Source of the DNA: Bacteroidia bacterium
Lineage (GTDB): Bacteria; Bacteroidota; Bacteroidia; JADZBD01
Direction of reading: 5' to 3'
DNA length: 64,000 nt
Assembly: GCA_020054095.1 (NCBI GenBank)
Contig: JAGVMA010000063.1
Location: 1,397 to 65,396, forward strand
The notes beneath the pieces were generated by a model. That model was not told the DNA's origin. It did not search any database and was given only the letters and a program-made list of their open reading frames with translations. This document shows positions 50,480 to 59,394 of the stretch, one piece after another. Position 1 is the first letter of the stretch. Each line of letters opens with the position of its first letter. Made by a program: the position numbers and the translations under genes.

Positions 50480-50986
50480 TTGGCACATCAACAAATTAAA
50501 ATAATAATCACCCTTTTGCTCGTTACATTATACTCGTGCAAAATGCGCTACTCGTTTACCGGAGGCGAAAAAGGCAACGCCAAAACCGTGCAAGTACAAT
50601 TTTTTAAAGTAGATGCACCACTCGCAAAACCCACCACAGGCATCGTTTTCACGGAAGCATTAAAAGATATAATGCAAAACCAAGGCAAACTTGAACTGAT
50701 AACCACCAATGCCGATTTAAACTTTGAAGGACAAATAACCGCTTATGCCATTACGCCCGTTGCCATCCAAAGCAACGACCAATCGGCCCTCAACCGATTA
50801 ACCATCACCGTACAAGTGAAATACACCAATACATTAGAAAAAGAAAAAAGTTTCGATCAATCCTTTTCGCGATTTGTAGATTACGAAAGTTCAAAAAATC
50901 TATCATCAGTAGAAGATGAATTGATAACCGAAATAGTGCGCCAATTGGTACAAGATATTTTTAACCGATCGCTAAGCAACTGGTAA
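50480..50986 (+). CDS. lptE: LptE family lipoprotein
   Basis: Lipobox LYSC, YSFTG, NRLTITVQVKYTN, QDIFN..NW; start uncertain (TTG). Confidence 0.8.
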   Translation: MAHQQIKIIITLLLVTLYSCKMRYSFTGGEKGNAKTVQVQFFKVDAPLAKPTTGIVFTEALKDIMQNQGKLELITTNADLNFEGQITAYAITPVAIQSNDQSALNRLTITVQVKYTNTLEKEKSFDQSFSRFVDYESSKNLSSVEDELITEIVRQLVQDIFNRSLSNW

Positions 50987-50991
50987 ATTAC

Positions 50992-52062
50992 ATGAACAAG
51001 CAACAATTCATATCGTATTTAGAAAATCCACATTTGCTCGATGAAAAATCGCTGCAAGAAATAGCACCACTTGCCAGCCAGTTTCCTTATTGCCAAAACC
51101 TGCACCTGCTGCTTGCTAAAAACCTTCACAATTTAAGCAGCATCCATTTCGATAAACAAATAAAAATTGCAGCAGTTTATGCCACCGATAGAAAAAAACT
51201 TTATCAGTTAATAAACAATAAGTACAAAGTAGAAAGTATTAAGCACGAAGAGAAAAGTACTGAGAGCCAAGAAACAAGAGTTGAGATTAAAGAGGAAAAA
51301 ATAATTCAAATTGAAGAACCTCTAACCACCACCAATTTACAATCTACAATTGAAAATTTACAAATTGAAGAACCTCTAATCACCAACAATTTACAATCTA
51401 CAATTGAAAATTTACAAATTGAAGAACCTCTAACCACCAACAATTTACAATCTACAATTGAAAATTTACAAATTGAAGAACCTCTAACCACCAACCAGCA
51501 ACCAGTAACAAGTAACCAACTATCAACCGAATTTGAAGAAATAGAAAAATTAGAAAAAGAAAAAATCACACTCGATGAACAATACCAAATACAAGCCGTA
51601 GAAGCCGAAATAGAAATAGGCATAGAACACGCCACCGAACAATTAGAATCACAAGTATATAACTTTGAAGAAGCTGAAACCAGCAACCAGCAACCAATAA
51701 CCCAAAACACCGAATTAAGTTTTACCGATTGGCTAAAAATAAGCACCCAACAAAACATAACCCAATTACCAACAGAAGAAACAACAGCCGAAGAAAAATC
51801 AGAAGATTTAATAGAAAAATTCATAAATACACCACCCGAAAAAATAAAACCCAAAAAAGATTTTTACAACCCCATTAACATGGCACGCCAGAGCGCGCTC
51901 GATAACAGCGAGTACGTAACCGAAACATTAGCAACCATTTACGAAAAGCAAGGCGCTTACTCAAAAGCCATCCGCGCTTACGAAATATTGATTTTGAATT
52001 ATCCCGAAAAAAGTGTTTACTTTGCCGCCCGAATTGAGGAAATAAAGAAATTGATTAATTAA
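50992..52062 (+). CDS. Hypothetical protein with C-terminal TPR-like helices and an acidic repetitive linker
   Basis: FPYCQ near the N-terminus; TETLATIYEKQG..KAIRAYEILILNYPEKSVYFAARI at the C-terminus. Confidence 0.8.
   Translation: MNKQQFISYLENPHLLDEKSLQEIAPLASQFPYCQNLHLLLAKNLHNLSSIHFDKQIKIAAVYATDRKKLYQLINNKYKVESIKHEEKSTESQETRVEIKEEKIIQIEEPLTTTNLQSTIENLQIEEPLITNNLQSTIENLQIEEPLTTNNLQSTIENLQIEEPLTTNQQPVTSNQLSTEFEEIEKLEKEKITLDEQYQIQAVEAEIEIGIEHATEQLESQVYNFEEAETSNQQPITQNTELSFTDWLKISTQQNITQLPTEETTAEEKSEDLIEKFINTPPEKIKPKKDFYNPINMARQSALDNSEYVTETLATIYEKQGAYSKAIRAYEILILNYPEKSVYFAARIEEIKKLIN
51307..51495 (+). repeat. In-frame 54-bp tandem repeat, 3.5 copies (QIEEPLTTNNLQSTIENL)
   Basis: Units start at 51307, 51361, 51415 and 51469, nearly identical. 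Confidence 0.95.
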
Positions 52063-52075
52063 AATAACACACTAC

Positions 52076-52423
52076 ATGGCATTTATTCAAGTACTTATTA
52101 TCATTATCTCGATACTACTTGTATTAGTAGTATTGGTACAAAATTCAAAAGGCGGTGGCATCGCATCAAACTTTGCAGGCAACACACAAATAGTAGGCGT
52201 AAAACGCCAAGCCGAATTAATAGAAAAAATAACTTGGGGTTTTATCATCGCACTTTTTGTGCTATGTATAGCCACCGCATCGTTTAAAGGCGAAGTAGTA
52301 AACACTAAAACCGATTCGGTAGTTAAAAACACCGAAGCACCTATGCAACCTAATCCGGGCGGAAACGGAACAGGCGTTCCGCAAATGCCTCAGCAAGGCG
52401 GTAGCGATACAATTAAACCTTAG
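52076..52423 (+). CDS. secG: Preprotein translocase subunit SecG
   Basis: VLVQNSKGGG, IEKITW, two TM helices. Confidence 0.93.
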   Translation: MAFIQVLIIIISILLVLVVLVQNSKGGGIASNFAGNTQIVGVKRQAELIEKITWGFIIALFVLCIATASFKGEVVNTKTDSVVKNTEAPMQPNPGGNGTGVPQMPQQGGSDTIKP

Positions 52424-52431
52424 TTTGTGTT

Positions 52432-52526
52432 TGTCAGTTTGGCACTGAAAAAATTTCCATCCCAAACACTTCGCTGAAAAATTGTCGCACTATTTAAGTT
52501 CACAACCCATTGGCACAAAATATGAC
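52432..52526 (+). promoter_or_regulatory. Putative sigma54-type groES promoter with upstream TGnCA-N3-TGnCA sites
   Basis: TGTCA-GTT-TGGCA at 52432-52444; degenerate TGAAA-AAT-TGTCG at 52475-52487; TTGGCAC-N5-ATGA at 52510-52525. Confidence 0.5.
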
Positions 52527-52580
52527 AAAGCCAAGCGTAAAAAAAATTTAATCATTAACAATTTAATCTCTAAATAAACT

Positions 52581-52871
52581 ATGGCCAAACTAAACATTAA
52601 ACCAGTAGCCGGCACTCAAAACAGAGTGGTGGTAGAACCGGCAGCAGCCGAAGAAAAAACAGCAGGCGGAATTATTATCCCCGATACGGCAAAAGAAAAA
52701 CCACAACGCGGAAAAATTGTAGCTGTGAGCGAAACCGATGAAAAAGGAAACAAGCCCGCAGTAAAAGTAGGCGATACAGTATTGTACGGTAAATATGCAG
52801 GTACTGAAATTACTGTTGATGGCAAAGAATTACTCATCATGCGCGAATCAGATATTTTCGCAATCATTTAA
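52581..52871 (+). CDS. groES: Co-chaperonin GroES
   Basis: [35 protein letters not shown]. Confidence 0.97.
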   Translation: MAKLNIKPVAGTQNRVVVEPAAAEEKTAGGIIIPDTAKEKPQRGKIVAVSETDEKGNKPAVKVGDTVLYGKYAGTEITVDGKELLIMRESDIFAII

Positions 52872-52897
52872 TTTATCATTCAACACTAATAATTTAA

Positions 52898-54544
<1,647 letters not shown>

Positions 54545-54564
54545 TCGCAATTGAAATAGTTCAG

Positions 54565-54599
54565 AAAAACCGCCCCGCAAAATGCGGGGCGGTTTTTTT
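54565..54599 (+). terminator. Intrinsic terminator of groESL
   Basis: aaaaaccgccccgca-aaa-tgcggggcggttttttt. Confidence 0.88.
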
Positions 54600-54628
54600 A
54601 TGCGGTTAGGTTTAGTAAATTTGCAGCA

Positions 54629-54799
54629 ATGTTTAACAAAAAAAGGTTTTATAAAATTTGTAAAATTGGCTTAGCTCTTACATTTTGTATTTCACTCACC
54701 TTGCATTTAATTAATTTGTTACCCATTTACATTACTATGCACTTTTGTCTGCCATGGCTAATGGCAATGTTAGCAACACACATTCTATTTAAAAAATAA
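54629..54799 (+). CDS. Unannotated 56-aa hydrophobic small protein
   Basis: MFNKKRFYKICKIGLALTFCISLTLHLINLLPIYITMHFCLPWLMAMLATHILFKK; TAAATTTG -7 element at 54616-54623; TAATG overlap with the next gene. Confidence 0.5.
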   Translation: MFNKKRFYKICKIGLALTFCISLTLHLINLLPIYITMHFCLPWLMAMLATHILFKK

Positions 54800-55619
54800 T
54801 GCGCCACACTTTATTCCTTTTTTTAATTACGTTAAATTTTTGTGCTGCACAAGAAACTAAAACCTGTAATTGCCCGGGCAAAAACAAGGACAAAAAAAAG
54901 CACCTTTTACATTGCTTGGGGCTATAACCGAGATGCATTCAGCAAAAGCGATATAAATTTTAAAAGCAATGCCGGCCTGTATGATTTTACAGCGTATGAT
55001 GTAAAAGCAAAAGACCGCCCAAATTTTGAAGCCATTACACCTTTCAGACGACCAAAATATTTTATATTAAACATATCAATACCTCAGTACAATTACCGCC
55101 TTGGCTATTACAACAACAAAAACAACTGGGGTTTTGAAATTAACTTCGACCACACTAAATATGTAGTTGAACAATATCAAACCGTAAGAGTAAAAGGCCA
55201 GATTTATGGCGAAACAATAGACAAAGACACGATCCTCTATCCCGAATTTTTACAATTTGAACACACCGATGGTGCTAATTTTTTTATGGCAAATGTGATG
55301 AAACGCCACTGCCTATTTTCTGGTAAGCACCACCAATTATGGGCATTGGCAAAAGCGGGTATTGGTATTGTAATTCCTAAAACTGAGGTTACGCTATTTA
55401 GTATTAATAGAGACAACCGTTTTCATATTGCCGGATGGATTACCGGAATAGAAACCGGCTTGCGTTACGATTTTTTTAAAGCACGGCTTCATTGAGTTTA
55501 CTGCAAAAGGCACTTTTGCAGATTATAGAAGCGTATTAGCAATAGGAGATTCAAGAGCCGGCCATCGTTTTTTTACAGCCCAAGCCATTTTAACTGCCGG
55601 TTATAGGTTTGGTCTATAG
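54799..55619 (+). pseudogene. Outer-membrane beta-barrel protein gene with two apparent +1 frameshifts
   Basis: Signal peptide frame MRHTLFLFLITLNFCAAQE from 54799 shifts at the A8 run (54892-54899) into STFYIAWGYNRD; a second shift at T7A3 (55471-55480) leads to KHGFIEFTAKG..AILTAGYRFGL stop at 55619. Confidence 0.75.
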
Positions 55620-55737
55620 TTTTTTCTATTTCAATTTCAATCTTTTATATTTTTTTTGCGATGTGATTAAACCTTTTTAAAAACCCCACGTCCTAACATC
55701 AACAAACACAAAAACAAAAACCCTCAATACACGAAAC

Positions 55738-56607
55738 ATGAAAACAAGAAAATTTTTATTCGCAACACTATTAATTAGTTTAACTGCAAGCACACTATTT
55801 ACATCGTGCCGCAAAAACGATGAAGACAATGAAACCGGTGCAGCAACCGACAATGCTTTTGCAGAAGCAAATTTTAACGATGTGGCAAATATTGCCGACC
55901 AAGCCGGATTTAACGGCAACACATCAACCTACCGCACCGGGCAAGATGATGGCACATTATTAAGTGCCTGCGCCACCGTAACTCGCGATACCGCTAACTC
56001 GTCAAACCCCGATACCATTACAGTTGATTTTGGTTCTACTAATTGTTTATCCTTAGATGGCCGTTACCGCAGAGGAAAAATTGTAATCACCTACTCTGGC
56101 GGTCAGAATTACCGCGATTCAGGTTTAGTAGCCACCATTGTTCCGCAAAATTATTTTGTAAACGATAACGGAATAAGCGGTACAAAAACAATTACTAACC
56201 GCGGCCATATTACAAATGGAAAATTAACTTGGGATGTGGTTACAAGTGGAACAGTAGTTTTAGCTAACAATGGCGGAACTATTACCTGGAACTCTACAAA
56301 AACAAAAGTTTTATTAGCCGGAGAAACATATTACAACGGTCCTATAACTTGGCAAACTGCAAAAGTAGGTATCACAGGTTCGGCTAATGGCACCAGCGCT
56401 CAAGGCGAAAGCTTTACAGCAAACATTACATCGCAATTAATCCGCGATTTTAGTTGTACTGCAAATCGTAAACATTTTGTACAAGGCACGTTTGATTTCA
56501 CGCCCGGCTCTCGTCCCACTCGCACTGTTGATTTTGGTAACGGAGCTTGCGATAACACCGCTACAGTTACAATCAATAACAATACTTATACAATCACATT
56601 AAGATAG
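55738..56607 (+). CDS. Thr/Asn/Gly-rich beta-structured lipoprotein
   Basis: Lipobox LFTSC followed by RKNDED; VDFG..C motif twice; DGRYRRGKI. Confidence 0.8.
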   Translation: MKTRKFLFATLLISLTASTLFTSCRKNDEDNETGAATDNAFAEANFNDVANIADQAGFNGNTSTYRTGQDDGTLLSACATVTRDTANSSNPDTITVDFGSTNCLSLDGRYRRGKIVITYSGGQNYRDSGLVATIVPQNYFVNDNGISGTKTITNRGHITNGKLTWDVVTSGTVVLANNGGTITWNSTKTKVLLAGETYYNGPITWQTAKVGITGSANGTSAQGESFTANITSQLIRDFSCTANRKHFVQGTFDFTPGSRPTRTVDFGNGACDNTATVTINNNTYTITLR

Positions 56608-56626
56608 TAGGTTAAGTAGGTTAACT

Positions 56627-56665
56627 AAAAAGTGCGCTCGGTATTTATTTGGGCGCACTTTTTTT
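56627..56665. terminator. Bidirectional terminator
   Basis: aaaaagtgcgctc ... gggcgcactttttt between convergent genes. Confidence 0.8.
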
Positions 56666-56679
56666 ATAGTGTTAAAACG

Positions 56680-59292
56680 CTATAGCTTTGTTGCAAGTAC
56701 GCAAGTTTTTTTAATCTTGCGCACATTACCTTCCGAATCAAAAACTTCAAAATAGATAATGTAAATTCCAATTTTTGATTTTTCGTTTTTATCATTTACC
56801 CCATCCCACGAAAAAGTGCCGTTAGCACCAATTAATTCGTTTCTTACCAATGTGCGTTCAAGCCGGCCTTTGTTATCGTAAATGGTAATATTTGCTATAT
56901 AGCCCGATGAACTAAAGTTGTATGATATATTAACCACATCGTTATAACCATCGTTATCAGGCGAAAAAACTTCGGGCTGAATAGTTATTTCTGATGAGTT
57001 TTCGCCTGTGCTGTATTGCGAATTTTTATAAGCTGGTGTAGCGTATCCTACATTTTCTGCAGCCGAGTGCCAATTGGTTTTGTCTTGCGTTGACCTATCG
57101 TAATTAATTCGCTCAAGCGAAACACCTTTCGTATTATTTAAAAGCGGAAAATGCCAATTGCCAAAATAAATTAATTTATCAATAATCGTTTGCGATTGAT
57201 TAATGAGCACCACCACATCGCCATCAATATTCATAGATGGAAGTGATGTCATATCCAAAAACCCTTTAGGATTAGTGGTGGTGTATTGCATTCTAACAGC
57301 ATTTGAATTTGTAGAAAGCACCAAATAATTGCCCGGAAAAAACAAATAACCATTAGCAGAAATAATTTTAATATCCGCCAATGTATTTGTAATGGTATCC
57401 ATCGTGCACAAATACAATTCTTTTAAATCAATCACTTTTGATGAGCGGTTATAAATTTCCACAAAGTCCACTCCATTATCTTTTGGGTCGGGTAAAATTT
57501 CATTTATCACCACATCATTTATTTGGCAGGGTTGTGGTATAGCAAACAAGGCTGTATTTGAAACGCTAACAGCATTACCTGCACAATCCTCAATTAAATT
57601 TGTAACCGTAAGCGTATATATAATTCCATTTGAGAGTTGCACCGGCAAAATCAATTTCACGCTCTTAAAATCGGGTTCAATTGGGTTTACGGCAATGGGA
57701 TTTCCTATTCCATTATCAATAGAAAAATTAGTTGTACTTAGCAAAGTAGTACTATCAAGTGGTTCAGTAAAATAGGCAACAATGGTGTCGTAAGATGCAA
57801 TTACACCTACTCTTAAAAGCTGAGGTGATGTGTTATCTAAATTTGCAGCACGCACCGAATTTCTTTTTCCGGGTGTGCCGCCCGAGGCATTAACCGATGC
57901 CCGCCAGTTATTTTCTGCTGCACACGGATTGTTTGGGTCAATCATCTCAAGCGACCAACCGCCATCTTCTTTACTCGCATCGGCATACCAATTATCGCTA
58001 TACGAAATGGTGTGCATCACTTGCCCAAAACTATCGCGCAGTATAATTATTTGTCCCGTGTTAGTTAATGCCGGAAAACTCACAACTGCCGCCACGTTTA
58101 TTCCTGTAAAGTTAGGTGCACCGGTTGTAGATGTTAAAACAATAAAACTATCGGCAGGTATTGTAACATCGGGTAAAATTTTTGTGTTAGAGCCAACGGT
58201 AATTGTCCAGTTGACCAATTTTATAGGAAAATTTTTACGGTTAAATAGTTCTACGTATTCAAAATTGGGAAGTAATAAAGGTGGATCGGGGTCGGCCATT
58301 ATTTCATTAATCACAACATCAAAAAGAGCAGGCGAGTAAAACACAAATGGCGTATTGTTATTAGGATTAATAACATTTGAGTTCAAATCTTCTACGGATG
58401 TAACTTGCAAAAGATTAGTTATGTTCTGTGGAAAATTAGTGGCGAAGGTTAAATGAACTAATGATATATCGTTAACATCGCGCGCAGCAAAAGTGGGCAC
58501 ACCTACTCCATTATTTACTATATAATTTGTGTTTAATTGTGATGTAGTTAAGCTCACCGCTTCATTAAAGTGAACATCTAATTGGTTTGCTGAAATAATC
58601 TTTACCGAATCAACGAGCGGAGATGTAACATCAACTATAATTGGCCCGATGTAAAAATCATCGAAATAAAATTTAGTGGCGTTACTCGAAGTATAAAAAC
58701 AGTTAATGCCAAAAAAATTAGTAGTAGTAAAAGTGTTGTCGGTTCCTTGTGCTTCTTGTGTGTAGTTTGTTCCACCGGATGAATCAATAAATAAAGTCCA
58801 AAGACCGGCAGCATCGCGCGTAACTTTAACACGAATAATAAACGCATTTGCAATAAGGGTGGTGCCGCGGCAAACAGAACTGCTCACCGTTCCGCTTTGG
58901 CGAAAAAGTTCTACTTGGTCACCCGAGAGCGCCTCACCAAATTGCAAATAATAACCATTGAGCGCACTTTGTAAATTTTGCTGATCAGAGACCAAATATA
59001 CACGCGCATTATTACTCGCGGATGCAGAGAAATTTAAACGTATCCAGAAATTCCACTCGGCATTATTTATTGACTGCGAATTAGTGGTACTCAAAAAACT
59101 TGTATCGGTACCAGATGAATTTAGTTGCAATTGCATCGAACCATTCACTGTAAAATCGGTGTCGTTTCCTATCCAAGCAGGAGCAGAACTAAAATTTCCA
59201 TCAGTAAAATCATCGGTAATTTGGGAGGATACATTTAAACTGATAAGTAAAAATGATAGGGAGAAAAATATGCGGGATAATAATCTTAACAT
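56680..59292 (-). CDS. Secreted protein with two lamin-tail and two Ig-like domains and a T9SS type B-like CTD
   Basis: DVVINEI..DP..(E/D)(Y/F)VE..N twice; G(W/V)SLE twice; VHFNEAV and AYFTEPL Ig starts; VFSPDNDGYND, GIYII. Confidence 0.82.
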   Translation of the reverse strand: MLRLLSRIFFSLSFLLISLNVSSQITDDFTDGNFSSAPAWIGNDTDFTVNGSMQLQLNSSGTDTSFLSTTNSQSINNAEWNFWIRLNFSASASNNARVYLVSDQQNLQSALNGYYLQFGEALSGDQVELFRQSGTVSSSVCRGTTLIANAFIIRVKVTRDAAGLWTLFIDSSGGTNYTQEAQGTDNTFTTTNFFGINCFYTSSNATKFYFDDFYIGPIIVDVTSPLVDSVKIISANQLDVHFNEAVSLTTSQLNTNYIVNNGVGVPTFAARDVNDISLVHLTFATNFPQNITNLLQVTSVEDLNSNVINPNNNTPFVFYSPALFDVVINEIMADPDPPLLLPNFEYVELFNRKNFPIKLVNWTITVGSNTKILPDVTIPADSFIVLTSTTGAPNFTGINVAAVVSFPALTNTGQIIILRDSFGQVMHTISYSDNWYADASKEDGGWSLEMIDPNNPCAAENNWRASVNASGGTPGKRNSVRAANLDNTSPQLLRVGVIASYDTIVAYFTEPLDSTTLLSTTNFSIDNGIGNPIAVNPIEPDFKSVKLILPVQLSNGIIYTLTVTNLIEDCAGNAVSVSNTALFAIPQPCQINDVVINEILPDPKDNGVDFVEIYNRSSKVIDLKELYLCTMDTITNTLADIKIISANGYLFFPGNYLVLSTNSNAVRMQYTTTNPKGFLDMTSLPSMNIDGDVVVLINQSQTIIDKLIYFGNWHFPLLNNTKGVSLERINYDRSTQDKTNWHSAAENVGYATPAYKNSQYSTGENSSEITIQPEVFSPDNDGYNDVVNISYNFSSSGYIANITIYDNKGRLERTLVRNELIGANGTFSWDGVNDKNEKSKIGIYIIYFEVFDSEGNVRKIKKTCVLATKL

Positions 59293-59357
59293 TTTGCGTT
59301 TTCTGAGTAAATATAGCTACTTTCGCAAATAATCAATTAATGATTTTATCAATAGCT

Positions 59358-59385
59358 TGTAACATTTAACACACGGGTAACGTCA
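59358..59385 (+). promoter_or_regulatory. Putative ECF-sigma promoter
   Basis: TGTAAC-N17-CGTCA ending 9 nt before the ATG at 59395. Confidence 0.55.
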
Positions 59386-59394
59386 TAGTAAACA

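Noticed and set aside
51306-51854. 182-aa antisense ORF with repeats, and the repeat as a possible CRISPR
   Set aside because: It mirrors the 54-bp coding repeat; units are contiguous with no unique spacers and there are no cas genes
57830-58339. 169-aa plus-strand ORF inside the lamin-tail gene, and other short overlapping track ORFs
   Set aside because: Fully antisense to or nested in well-supported genes, with no motifs or start context
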